From Eledone cirrhosa (taxonomy: Eukaryota): a DNA stretch of 64,000 nucleotides. The position numbers were made by a program, and so were the translations under genes. Position 1 is the first letter of the stretch, and each line of letters begins with the position of its first letter. The stretch covers positions 154,380,001 to 154,444,000 of the forward strand of contig OZ024742.1 of assembly GCA_964016885.1 (NCBI GenBank), given 5' to 3'. Positions 30,323 to 43,644 of this stretch are shown here, piece by piece. Below the pieces are notes generated by a model that saw nothing but the letters and a program-made list of their open reading frames with translations, had not been told where the DNA came from and searched no databases.

Positions 30323-31314
30323 AAAACAAAATTCTATATAGTTTAAGGTCTGTACTATTCTCTATAGAAATTTAACACTTTACCTCTCAACTGTCACGCT
30401 AAGCTGGTTTTCGGACAGTGTCTAGTAGCACATAGCTTGATACTCTATGATCTCTGCGGCAGAGAATACTTGGTTGTAATTGATGAGTAGCATTCATAAG
30501 CACAACCGTATTCCTGTCGACACGTAACAAATCCTAATCCCTCCATCACACCTACCAGCCTATAATTAATTGTGTTACATTTGGGGATGGTTTTCAGTTG
30601 CTATTACACAGAATTGGCAGGCCATCCCTGAATCGAATCGTTCCTCCATTTCCTATTTTAAATACTTGCTTTGTGTTCGGCGTAATCATGTTGTCTTATG
30701 GAACTGCTTATATAATTATCACGTGATGAAATTACCTAATTCTTGTATAATGATCGGATGATAAAGCTGGGTCATCGAAATATGAATTGAGTTTGCGCTT
30801 ATTTAAAATTCTAATCTAAATTTCCTCTCTGTCTTTCTGTTGTTTTTATTGAATATTTATTTATATATTTAAAGAATTGTATTTAATTTTTTTTCTCCAG
30901 CTAATCAAAATGTTTTATTATTAAGACTTCGTAAGAGTTGAGGTAACTTTTCTTGAGTGACATTGGTTAAGCAGAATAGCAATATATGGGTTTAATTCCA
31001 TATACTGGTATCTTTGACTACGTATCTATAAAATGGTTTCCATTTATTGAGATAAGTGTGTGACTGATAACATTATTGTAAATTATGTTTGGAAACCTTT
31101 GATTTATTATATTAATATATATTTACAGTATATATATATATATATTAATATATATATATAGGAGAAAGTATGATCCCGTCGAAACGGTTTGAGCTCTGCC
31201 GTCGGGGTCATACTTTTTCCTATTTTCCAATCTACTACACTAAGTATTGAGTACTCTGGTGCGTTATAGTCCATCTGGTTCCTTACCACAATTCCTTTGT
31301 TACATATATATATA

Positions 31315-31418
<104 letters not shown>

Positions 31419-31419
31419 G

Positions 31420-32667
31420 GAGGTGAGTTTTATTCTAGCACCATTCTTTACTCTAATTTCCTTCTCTTCCTTACCTTTTCAAACCCCCCTCACTTTTTCA
31501 AAAACCTCATACAATCTTAAATTATTTTTCATATGTTGATTTAAATCTTCACTATTCACAAGGGTTTTTTTAATTTATAACCTCTAATCTGTACCTTTTC
31601 TTCCTAACTACTTCTCAATTCTTATTGTTACTCACCACAACATTATCTATTCTTCCATCTTTCCTCATATCATTGGCCATAACAATAATTTGTTTAATAC
31701 ATTATAGTATTACCATTAGAAGTCCTTCGTAAACATATAATCTTTTGACGTTAAATTTTTTTCTTCCTTAAATTTTTCTTATCCTCTCCATACTTTCATG
31801 CTCGTTTTAAACTACTACTTAATTTGACTTCTACATATTACAATACATAAACACAAACTTAAACCCTAACTAATTTCTTTTAATATATTATATTATTACC
31901 ATTAGAAAATATTTCGTAAATATATATACTTTTTGATGCTAGATATTTTCTTCCTTAAATATTTTTTTCTTCTTTTCCTTCCGCGCTCATTTTTAAACAA
32001 ACTATTTACGTACACATATTACATTACATAAAAACAAACTTAAACCCTAACTAATTCCTCTAAATTCATAACTCATACATTCTTCTCCTTCTTTTCACAT
32101 TATATACTTAATAACATTAATATTTGTTATTTTAATAATACATATTAATTAATTCTTTTCCTCGCACACATTATTAAACCCTTCAATATACAAACCTTAA
32201 TTTAATAATATTCTTAATTCCTTTTTCTCCATGCATAAACCTCATTAACTTTTAATTTCAAAATCTTTTAAATTATCTATTATCTTCCAACGGCTTTTTA
32301 ATTTCTCTCTGTGAGACAAAATATATTTTTTCTTAAGTTGTAAAGGCTATCTCTCTCTCTCTATCACCCATCTCTCCTCTCTCATCCTGCCTTCTTATAC
32401 TCCTCCCCCACCATTATTTACTCTCATCTCCTCCTCTTCCTTACCTTCAGCCCTCACTTTTTCCCAATCTCATACATCAATCTTCATTTATTTGTCATAT
32501 GTTGATTTAAAACTTCACTATTCACAAGTGTTTTTTAACCTTCATATCATGTCTCCCTATTTTATGTGACGAGAACGCAGATATCATCTCATGATGATAT
32601 TTGTTTTTGAAATGCGCATAATAAAATACTTGGAACTCTTTTAACCATCTTTTGATTTTATATTATA
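31420..32667 (+). mobile_element. PLE 3' UTR/pLTR remnant with decayed HHR at 32558-32628
   Basis: Homologous to 23362-23530. tattttat-GTGACGA...GAAA-tgcgca-TA-ataaaata. Internal direct repeats. Confidence 0.65.
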
Positions 32668-33937
32668 CTAGCATTAAAGCCCGGCGTTGCTCGGGGTCAT
32701 TAAGTCACCAAAGTTAGGTTGCACCACCCATTTTATGGCAGCACCTTTTTGTCTGCCAGGCACTGGGTGAATGAATTGCAGATCTGGAAGCAGGAGCTGC
32801 GCCAGCAGTGACAATTGTAGTTTACGGATGGATATTATCTCTGTGCAAAAAAGTGTTGAAATTTATTGTTTCACAGTACTTGCGCAACACGCGCGTAGAC
32901 GATGCCAGCCGAACAACATAGCTGCGATGGAGTTGTTCTGCATGGTTGTCTGTGTGGTTTCTAAATTTAAGACAGTAGGGAGGGTTGTGATATGAGGGAG
33001 AGTTAGCTGTTGTTTCTAGCAGGTTTAGTGACCTCATAGAGGATATGTGTTTTCTAAATTTAAGACAGTAGAGAGTGGTGTGATATGGGGGAGAGTTAGC
33101 TGCAGTTTCTAGCAGGTTTAGTAACCTCATAGAAGATATATTTTCTAAATTTAAGATAGTAGGGAGGGGTGTGTTATGGGGGAGAGTTAGCTGCTGTTTC
33201 TAGCAGGTTTAGTGACCTCATAGAGGATATTATTGTTTATCATTATCTATAAAAGGCAGATTGTTGTTGTTGTTGTGTGTGTGCACATGTTCCATGTTTA
33301 TACATTTGCACAATTTCAAACCGATTCGACTCAAAGTCTGTCAGAATGCATGTTCGTTGAGAGGTTTAAAAAAATATGTATCGCTTGTGGTTGAATAAAT
33401 GTATCTGTTGCTTTTGAATAATTGTCGTTTAGTATGAAATGTAATAATTGAGCAACTAAAAGTTAGTGTGGTTATAAATCACGCACGTTGTTTAATTGCT
33501 TTAAATGTTTTTTTATCATTTGAAGTGAGTGTGTGTTTGTATGCGTTTGTAAATAAATCAGTAAGTTTGAAGTATAAAAGAGAAAGTAGCAAAATGTGTG
33601 GGTTGTAGATAGAGAGAAGCAGATGACATGAGAGAGTAAAACGGACAGTATCACCATCAAGCTTGGAAAGAGAAAGTAGCAGAAAGTATGAAGTTGTATA
33701 TATTTTGAATGGTAGTAGAAAGAGTTTAGCAGTTTAAATGAGAGAGAAAAATCGTAAAATATTGAGTTTTATCTATTTTTTGCTTAATTGTGGGTGAAAT
33801 TGAAATAATTAGATGTGCCAAGACGCAATCGAAGCTATTTCGAATACTCAATTGTAAATTTCAATTGAAAGAAATTCTATATCGTAGATTTCTATAACAA
33901 AGGAGCATGTCCACACACTGTGCTTTATAGATTATGA
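32668..33937 (-). mobile_element. non-autonomous Helitron
   Basis: Reverse complement has 5' A|TCATAATCTATAAAG and 3' ccccgagcaacgccggg hairpin plus CTAG|T. About 90-bp minisatellite x3 (32960-33230). Shares about 220 bp with 42263-42480. Confidence 0.85.
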
Positions 33938-33967
33938 TATATGTATATATATATAATATAAGACCAG

Positions 33968-34160
33968 ATGGCGGTGGATTGGCAGTATCGGTTGAGGGTC
34001 GGACGCCATGCTTTGACGCATAGAGTTATAGCCCTTTCCATTCTGAGTTCAAAACCCGCCGAGGTCAATTTTGCCTTTCATCCTTACGGGGTCGATAAAA
34101 TAAAGTTACAGTAATGTACTGGGTAATAGCTGGCTTTGTGCCAAAGGTAGAAACAATTAT
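33968..34160 (+). mobile_element. full-length tRNA-SINE
   Basis: Complete consensus. Confidence 0.9.
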
Positions 34161-34464
34161 ATATATATATATATATAAATGGAATAGAATGAAACGAAAT
34201 GTCATTTCTCACTCTTAATACGGCACTTACTTAAATGTAAGTATGTATGTATGTATACGTACATACATACATGTATACAGACGTACAGAAGTATGTATAT
34301 ATATATGTATACATACATGCACACATATATATATGCACGTATCGGTTTACCGAACATTTATTATAATGCTCGGTTTGTTTGATTGTAATCAAACAAAGAG
34401 CCCGAATTACGCCGTACAGTGTTTAGGCAACCACGTCACCTTTTTGTTCAACACTGACACAGGA

Positions 34465-34507
34465 ACGATGTACTAGTTTCAAGCTTATTAGCTATCGTCT
34501 GCATCGT
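34465..34507 (-). ncRNA. 43-nt minimal hammerhead, CAGACGA core variant
   Basis: Reverse complement reads acgatg-CAGACGA-t-agct-aata-agct-t-GAAA-ctag-TA-catcgt. Lies between direct repeats at about 34175-34335 and 34626-34776. Confidence 0.75.
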
Positions 34508-34856
34508 ATACCTTCCTGCCAGATGGTTAAACGTCTGAAAGTATATACTTTCCTTATGCATAGTAACGGCTGAGCAGCCTAATTTGCATATCGAGTGAGT
34601 TCTGTCGGCCGAGCACACCGAAAACGATAAATGGAATAGAATGAAACGAAATTTCTTTTCTCACTCTTTGTACGGCACTTACTTAAACGTAAGTATGTAT
34701 GTATGTATACGTACATACATATATGTATACAGACGTACAGTAGTATGTATATATATACATACATGCACACATATATCGAGTGAGTTCAGTCGGCGCGGCA
34801 CACTGAAATACATACATACATACATATATATCATGTATATAAATATATACACACAG

Positions 34857-34912
<56 letters not shown>

Positions 34913-35572
34913 AGCAGTGCTTCGAAATATTGGTGACCTTTAATATGTCTGCATTATGTAATTATTAGACTAGATTCCTAAAACTTTTTGGCGAAAGTCG
35001 TCCAAAATGCATTTAGAATTTATAGCCCACCGAACAATGCCAACATTCTATGCTCAAATCATTAATGCATCCATTTCCACTTTGCATAATATTAAGGATT
35101 GTTTGGTGTGATTTTCCACATCAATTCGAATGCTATAGAAACCATTGAAGAAATGGAAATGAAATATGGATCAATCCGATATTTTTAACATTACTGCGCC
35201 ATATTTAATATTTAAAGAATTAAAAGACCAAACATGATATGAGAATTGACAAATTTGTGAGGTGAATATATCAGCTGACGGTGAATAAAAAATTAATATA
35301 CTCAGCAGAAAGAAAAGGTACGTTTAGTAATTTTGGGTGGGGAATTCAAGAATGTGTAAAGGTGACTTCTCTCTAATTAATCACTCAATATCTTATCGTG
35401 GTGTAGATTTAGAACAGCTTTTGCTATTTAGAAATCCTGCTACTTGTTGTTTGGGTAGATTGAAAAATGTAATTACTTTGTTAATAAACTCAGTTTAGAT
35501 TAACACATACACAGACACGCACACACACACACTCACACCCACGCGCTCACACACACACACACACACACACAT

Positions 35573-35605
<33 letters not shown>

Positions 35606-35957
35606 CACCCATACACAGACACACACACACACATACATATATATAATAAATCGTTTTCGAATAAGAAAACAAATAAGGGTTGGTCTTCTTTTCAATGTAA
35701 TTATATACAAATACACAATCATATGTATATGTTTTAATAACGAATCGACCACTTTGGATATGCCTCTTTCTGGTAGAAAAATCTCTTCAATTTCTTTACT
35801 TTATTGATTATGACTTCCTGTTTTTTCTTCACGACTTGCATCCTCCAGATCCTACTTGATGTCCTGGGGATATTTTTGTGTTACCTGTTAACATTAATAT
35901 TGAAACGTGCGGAAGCGTTAATAAAATGATTTGAAATGTCATCTATGTTTTGCCAGT

Positions 35958-36004
<47 letters not shown>

Positions 36005-36005
36005 C

Positions 36006-36054
<49 letters not shown>

Positions 36055-36055
36055 C

Positions 36056-36109
<54 letters not shown>

Positions 36110-36110
36110 G

Positions 36111-36182
<72 letters not shown>

Positions 36183-36270
36183 TGTGTATATATATATATA
36201 TATATATATATTCTTGGAAAAGTAAGAAATCGGAGAACAGACCGTTAATACATGTTTATTTAAAACACCA

Positions 36271-36311
36271 CTTATGTACGTTTCGCCCGGATGGGCTTCT
36301 CAAGGGCATAA
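36271..36311 (-). ncRNA. minimal hammerhead, U3:A8 variant
   Basis: Reverse complement reads ttatg-ccc-TTGAGAA-gccc-atcc-gggc-GAAA-cg-TA-cataa. Confidence 0.6.
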
Positions 36312-36719
36312 ATAACTAAACGTGTTCCTTACATGGCCTGGAAAGTGTTTTTGGGGCTAGGTTCACATCAGAGTTCATTCTTCTCAAAGAAGCGTGTTAT
36401 GATTTTGCAGTAGGTTAAGGGAGGGAACTCCGGCCTGTGTTAGGGCAGTCTTTCCCGGACAAATGTTTTATCCATTGCAAGATGGGGTTACAACGTTACC
36501 ATTGTCGATATGCACAGGGTCAGGTAATCAACGCTTATTTTGAGACGTTTGTTTTTTCTGGACCTGCCCGCCTGGGACATTTGAAGCTGGGTCTGGGATG
36601 CATGGTTAGTGTCCGGATATTTTTCTGCAGCGCCTGCCGCCGGGATGTTAAAGCTTGTGGCAGGGAGACTCGTTACGTATAACTTATTCACTCCTCATCC
36701 TTATCCCATTTGAAGAAGG

Positions 36720-38392
36720 ATATTTTTAAGCGATGTGTACAGCTTATCGTCTTTGCAGCTCTGCTGTTCATGAGCTCGTGGGCTGCAGTTATGATGTGGT
36801 AGAGCTCCATGAGGCAAATATCGCCCTTCTTCTTTAAGTTGTACGGTGTATCCCTGCCGACAATATCCCAGTGCGGGGAGAAGCTGATGTTTAAGTCTTT
36901 TAATGATGTGATCTAATCCGCGAGCGAAGTGGAGTGACTTAATTTCTTATATGTGAAAGAGTGGAGATGTGTTCGAAATCTAATTTTGAACGGACCAGAG
37001 GTAGCCCCTATATAATGTTTAACGCTATTGTGTCTAGTTACAGTGCACCTATATATAACCCTATCAGTCAAGCAGTATCCTCTAAGGGGGCAGCGTCTCC
37101 AGTCGCGGCAGTTGTAATTTCTGTCGCGGTTCCTTGTAATTCCCACGGTAAGGCTATCATTATTGCTACCTACATTGTTATCCACGCTCCCGCACCTGTC
37201 GTTAGCACCATTATAACGCATTGTGCGGGGGGGGGGTGTACGATTATTATATCCGCACGTCATGTTCTGCATGTTCCCCAGTCATGTCGCGGTTATGCTG
37301 GTTACGTCTGTAGAGTCTGTTGCTAGAACTATTGAATGTTGCTAGAGAGTGGTTAAGACCGACATAGTTATTGTCAGGTGTATGTGCGTCTGTGCTAAGC
37401 TGCTGTGTCTTGGTGATCTTACTGTGGTTAGTTGTTCCTATGATGTCTGCTAGGTTAGGAGTAGTAGAGAAGGATGTTTTTATATTGTTCCAATTAAGGA
37501 TTTTTCTATACCTATGGTTGGGTGGGGAGTTCTTTTCTAAGGCTTCGAAGAATATGCGGCGTATGTTGGATGCCACACCCCGAGAGTAGGGGGGATGGAA
37601 ATATGGCGATTACGTGTCCTTGTAAGTTTGCTACAGGTGGTTCCATCAAGGTGAACGTTCTTATGCATGTCAATTCGCTGTAGCCCGTTACGTTCCCCTT
37701 TCACTTCTTCCTTCTTCTATGTGTATGTAGAGGAATATGTTGGTTGTAAGGCGTTGGTAGTAGGCCGTCGCCTTTGTTGATTTCATAGTAGGTGAATAAT
37801 TCGAGTAGGCTACAGTGGTCACTGTCACCGGGGTCGTGATATTTATTGTGTGGTAAGTTACCTATACCATCGCCAGTGTTATTAACGTTGCGGTTGTGTT
37901 TCTTAGTGCGATTATCTATACTATTATATCCGACACCTACGAAGTCGCCGCGTGATCGTTTATAGGTATGGCTTACTATAACGTTCGTCTCATGAGGGTG
38001 GTGCTCTGGAGATAGCGTTAGGGATGTAGGAAATTCCTCGGTTAAAGCCAGCGCTTATCAAGGCCCTATTGTAGTAATCTGCCGCTTGGTTGAAGATATA
38101 CTCATTGGCGGAGAGCCTCGAGATTCTATGTCAGATGCTATAGACTATGGAGTTGAGAGTCTGTTTAGGGTGGTTGGAGGGATAATTAATATAAGAAAGG
38201 CTCTCTCCAGGTTTATGGTATGGCTTGTATAGGCCCGTACTCAACTCGATGGTCACGTCCAGGAAGTTGACAACCCTGTGGTTGAGGTCCATAGTTACGG
38301 ATAGTCTGTATGACTTGAATAACCTGTGTACATGCTTGTTAAGGTTCTCTATCCTCCGAAGGCTATGGTTCCAAACGTCGTCCCTGTATATA
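36720..38392 (-). pseudogene. PLE RT (YRDD to thumb) plus GIY-YIG, disrupted
   Basis: IYRDDVW; RVVNFLDVTIELSTGLYKPYHKP; NCRDWRRCPLRGYCLTDRVIYRCTV..YIGATSGPFKIRF. Confidence 0.9.
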
Positions 38393-39096
38393 TATATATA
38401 TAGATATATATATATATATATATAGATATATATATAGATATATATATATATATATATATAGATAGATAGATACGTTTATGTATTGGTTTTGCAAGGTTCT
38501 TCATGTGAGATCATGTGTTCAAAACGATATTTTTATATTTGGAGATGAACATATTGCCAATATGGCCAATTGGAAGAGAAACCCGTGCTATATAATGTTC
38601 ACTTTATCTGTATCCTTATAGCTCGCTATCTATTTATCTTTATATTTTTTCGTCATACAATCTGTAACCTCCTCAATGACCTAACTTAAACTGAAAACAG
38701 GATTGGAGTAAGATCATTCCTTAAGTAAACGAATGCAGACAGAAGAGGGAAAAAATAATATACACAAACAGCAAATGATTCAAACCAGCTAACACACAAA
38801 ACACACTTAGACATGACAGATGAAAAAAACACACACACACAACGGCGAAGGCGCGAAATCATGCGCAGATATGAATCATATGAAACTCACCACAAAAGAA
38901 AGAGATGAAGTGGAGGTTTAAAAACAAGTGTAGTTATTATGGATGTCTCAGGATAGGAGACGATAAAACATTTACAAATGAATGAATAAGGTGCACTAAA
39001 GATAATTATGAAGTATAAATTATATGGTATGTGTGTTTATTTCTATTGGCAATATTGGCAATATGACTATCCCAAGTATAACAATTATATATATAC

Positions 39097-39189
<93 letters not shown>

Positions 39190-39257
39190 ATATTAATAAA
39201 TGGTAACTATATTTATAAAACCATATTTATTTTATTATATATATTTCCAGGGAAACC

Positions 39258-42200
39258 TAGGTAAAATACGGCGTTACGGGGTTATCAAGTTGATAATAGG
39301 TGGGTGGTCCCGTACTGTCCATTTCTGATGAAAAGATTCAACGCTCATATAAATGTGGAGTTCTGTCATTCAGTAAAGTCGATAAAGTACCTATGTAAAT
39401 ATGTTAACAAGGGTTCCGACGCTTCCATTTTCGGCCTTCAAAACGACAATAGCAGGGACGAGGTCTCGGAGTACTTGGCAGGTAGATATATCAGCAGTGG
39501 TGAAGCATTTTGGCGGATATTCGGGTTTCCACTTCACCAAAGGCACTCCGCCATCATACAACTAGCGGTTCATTTGATAAACGGCCAGCGGGCTTACTTT
39601 ACTAAACATAGTGCTGCTCATTTGGCGGCTAATCCAAAAGAAACAACTTTGACTGTTTTTTTTACGCTTTGCCAACTTGACACATTTGCAAAAACACTTT
39701 CATATCCTCAGGTCCCGTCCTACTACGTGTGGCCAAACAACACTTGTGTGTGTAAGAAATCAGGTCGGGATGTTGAAGGACATCCTGGTGTCAAGTTTGA
39801 CAGTTGTCTAGGAAGAGTGTACACTCTACCTCCCAACCAGCATTGTTTTTTTTTCACCTGCGCATTCTCCTCCATGAGGTTTTTGACCCACAAAGCTTTC
39901 GAGACATAAGAACTGTTGACGGTGAATTATGTGATACTTTCCGGGAAGCCTGTTTAGGCGTGGCCTTGTGGAGGATGATTCACAATGGGGCGCCACTATG
40001 GCAGAGGGCGTTTTGCTGAAATCTCCTAAAAGACTAAGATCGCTTTTCGCTATTCTACTCCTATTGTGCGACTTAGGTGATCCGGCCTCTTTATGGCTTA
40101 GCTACAAAGTTTACATGTCTGAAGATTTCCTGCGTCACGATCAGTTGCTAAACACATCGATGGAGGTCGGGTACAGTGACCTCATTTAAAACAGGGCGCT
40201 GCTTGAAATCGAAGATACTGTTCTCGATATGGGCGGTAGTGCGTTGGGGGTGTATGGCCTACCTTCAACAAAACGGGAAAGCGCAACACTCTGTCTTAGG
40301 ATTTGCTGCGTGAGACATCTTATAATGTTGACGAGCTTGCCCAGTACACAGCGGAGAATGAGCCAAAGCTCCTCCCAGAACAGAAGTTCGCTTACATCTC
40401 CGTTGCTAATTCTGTCCGGGGCAAATCTGGGAGGATTTTTTTCCTGGACGCTCCTGGGAGGACTGGAAAAACTTTTGTCACCAAATTAATATTAGCTGAG
40501 ATTAGGCGAACAGAAAGCATTGCCTTAGATGTGGCATCATCTGGAATTGCGGCTACTTTGTTGCCGGGCGGCAGGACAGCTCACTCGTATTTCAATCTCC
40601 CGCTTGACTTAGCGAAGACTGAGACACCCACTTGCAACATCAGTATGAGCTCCGATCAGGCAGAAGTGTTCAGACGATGCAAGCTTATCGTTTGGGACGA
40701 ATGCACGATGGCCCACAGAGGTGCTCTTGAGGCGCTAGATTGAACTCTGAGAGACATCAAATACTCTACGGCTCCCATGGGAGGCATAACACTCCTTCTT
40801 TCAGGGGACTTCAGGCAAACGCTTCCCGTTATTCCCAAGGGGACTAGAGCTGATGCAGTACGTGCGTGTCTTAAGTCATCCGCATTGTGGCCCCTGGTGA
40901 AGATTCTGAAACTTCACACTAACATGCGTGCTCATATGCGAGGTGATATCGCATCAGCAGCATTTCCTCACACAGTCCTTGCACTTGGCGAAGCCAAAAC
41001 GCCCGGGGATGAAAAGGGTAATATTGCCATCGACTCAGTTTGTACCGTTGTTATTACGCCTTCTGATCTCAGGGATGCAGTGTTCCCAGATCTCCAAGCA
41101 AATTATCAGAATATGGATTGGCTTGCCCAAAGGGCTATTCTGGCCCCGAGGAATAAAACTGTTAACCATATTAATGATCAAATGCTAAAACTCATTCCTG
41201 GGGATGGCTACGTATATAAGTCTATCGATAGAACTCCTGACCCCGAGGATGTCATCAACTATCCAATAGAGGTACTAAATTCGTTTGAGCCCCCCCCCCC
41301 CCGGATTTTGAAACTTAAAGTTGGTACCCCTATAATGCTCATTCGAAATTTGGTTCCGCCAAAACAATGCAATGGCACACGTTTGGTCGTTAAGTCCTTA
41401 GCTCCCAATCTGATTGAGGCCAGGATAATCTCAGAGTGCGGTCGGGGCAAGATTGTGCTCATACCGAGGATGCATCTTTTCCCATCAGGAGCAGACCTAC
41501 CTTTCACATTTCGGAGGTCCCAGTTCCCGGTCAGGCCATGATTCGCAATGTCAATTAACAAAGCGCAGGGGCAAACACTGTCTATCGCGGGAATACATTT
41601 GGGGGAGCCTTATTTCTCTCATGGTCAGCTTTACGTTGGCTGCTCGCGTGTCGGCAGCAAGAGTGATGATTTCGCGTTCGTTCCGCAAGGAAAAACACAA
41701 CACATTGTGTACAAGGAGGTTTTATAGGATTACCTCGATTCCTAATTTAATAACTTTTTTTATTTTTTTATTTTTTGTCTTTTTGAGAGTACTTTCTAAG
41801 TAGGTTAACCTTCACTGCAGTGCACTGGACATTCCCCACCATCTGCCGTACAAAGGCTGATTCTCGCAGCGTTACAAAGATTCATTGCAACTCCGGCCCT
41901 ACCCAAATATCAGCTGTTGCTCCTCACCAACCCCCATTTGGTGGGCCTCGGAGGACCGTGGACAGATTAGTATTTCACCTCGTTACGACTGTCAAATGGT
42001 GAACAATGCTTTATTGACGGGATTTACATTTTTAGGCGGTTCCCTGCAATTACTACACATTTCACCAACACCTGGCCTCCGCTAAGCTCTATTTCCCTCC
42101 CTCCGTCGGCACAGCAGCAGGCTCATCTTCTACGTCCGACGTACATGATGCACCAAACATACAATGACCCCTCTTCCTCTTTTTTGGTTGTCATAATTCG

Positions 42201-42493
42201 CCAATGTTTTCAGACCCCTGTTTGCGGTTCCCTCAATCCACCCACTCCTCCGTTAAACCATGTCATGCAGAACAACTCCATCGCAGCTCTGCTGTTAGGC
42301 TGGAATCGTTACGTGCGTGTTGCGCAAGTACTGTGAAACAATAAATTTGAATACTTCTTTCCACAGAGATAATATCAATAGGCGAAACTACAATTGTCAC
42401 TGCTGGCGCAGCTCCTGCTTCGACAGTGCAGGTTTGCAATTCATTCAACCAGTGCCTGGCAGACAAAAAAGTGCTGCCGGGCTTTAATGGTAG
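39258..42493 (+). mobile_element. 5'-truncated autonomous-type Helitron
   Basis: RepHel remnant. The 3' end gccgggctttaatgGTAG|T matches the terminus of the 32668 element. Confidence 0.88.
39265..41727 (+). pseudogene. Helitron RepHel fragment: Rep motif 3 plus Pif1-family helicase, disrupted
   Basis: DNRWVVPY..HINVEFC.SVKSIKYLCKYVNKGSD; FLDAPGRTGKTF; SSGIAATLLPGGRTAHS; DECTM; GDFRQTLPV; CNGTRL; QFPV..FAMSINKAQGQT; FSHGQLYV. Frameshifts and stops. Confidence 0.95.
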
Positions 42494-42558
42494 TATATAT
42501 ATATAGTGAATTGCAATGGACACAATCGAATGTACAATTCGTTTAAACATATATATAT

Positions 42559-42775
42559 ATATTTAATTTATAATATAGGAATAGCTTCTACAGGACTAGA
42601 ACTGTTCTATTCGGGAGAAATCATCAGGCTTCCTGATGGTTTCTCCGGAATGAACCACTTCTAGTTCTATAGAAGCCATTTCTAAATTATATAATTAAAT
42701 ATTTATATTCTACTATGTATTGAGCACGTTGTGGTTACCGCCGAATGAACTCAGGATAAACTTCAGTAATTATTC
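42559..42775. mobile_element. diverged head-to-head double-HHR pLTR palindrome (family of 51032-51236 and 19840-19972)
   Basis: Arms centred at 42630: tcatcagg-ctt-cctgatgg. Stem I ggcttc/gaagcc. Confidence 0.7.
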
Positions 42776-43554
42776 TTAGTTTTCTGAACTTCAGATTTAT
42801 TCCTAAAAAATAGAAACTTAGCTCAGTTAATCGTCAAAGAAATTGAACGTTGCACCAAGATCATCAAGTTATATCAATCTTGACAGCTCCATTAACTAGC
42901 GTATGCAATAAATTGCGTGCGTTTAGCTGATTTAGTTGATTATATATTTGTTTACGACATTAACTGAGATTAGAACGTAGAGGTTCTCGGTCACGTTGAA
43001 CCTAACAGTATCAAGCAAACAATATCAATAGTTCTGGTTTAACAAGAGAATGCTCCCAGCTCACACTGTAATGCGAATGGTGATAAGTAAATCCAGTCAG
43101 ACGAAACAAGATCATTACGAATCTGAATGATTGTCATATTTTTCGAATGTTTGGAGCTTGTTGTGTGTTGCTCTATCCGTCACATTCTACTTTAATTAAC
43201 TGATACTTAACGATAGCTAAAGTCAATGTAGAAAATCTGATAATTGAGTATAACACTATAAAATGTTAGGCATGTAAACATGATTTATTACTAACATAAA
43301 GTTTCACTTTCGTATTGTCGGGTTATATATCACATTAATGCAATCAGAGATCAGCAGTTTCAGCTATGTTTCATTGTTCCCAATATCACATGAGACATTC
43401 ATCTTCCAATCATCTTTTTCACGGAATGATCCGTATATGAAATGTCTTATCGAAAATATTCCGGCCAAACTAGCCAAAATTGAGATTACTTCTTTCCAAT
43501 TGGCATTTGGAAATCTTGCCTTATGTCTCTTTTTTCCAATTCTATATGTCACAT

Positions 43555-43644
<90 letters not shown>

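Larger units (their letters stand above)
36211..38392 (-). mobile_element. Penelope-like element C, truncated at the RT catalytic motif
   Basis: Coding remnant plus 3' UTR, HHR and AATAAA. (TA)n on both sides. Confidence 0.88.

Noticed and set aside
32960-33230. Regularly spaced repeats resembling a CRISPR array (also 14700-15020)
   Set aside because: These are tandem minisatellites inside Helitrons with no unique spacers and no cas genes, in a eukaryotic context.
40303-41727. Host PIF1 helicase gene
   Set aside because: It is intronless, frameshifted, preceded by a Helitron Rep motif and followed by a Helitron 3' end.
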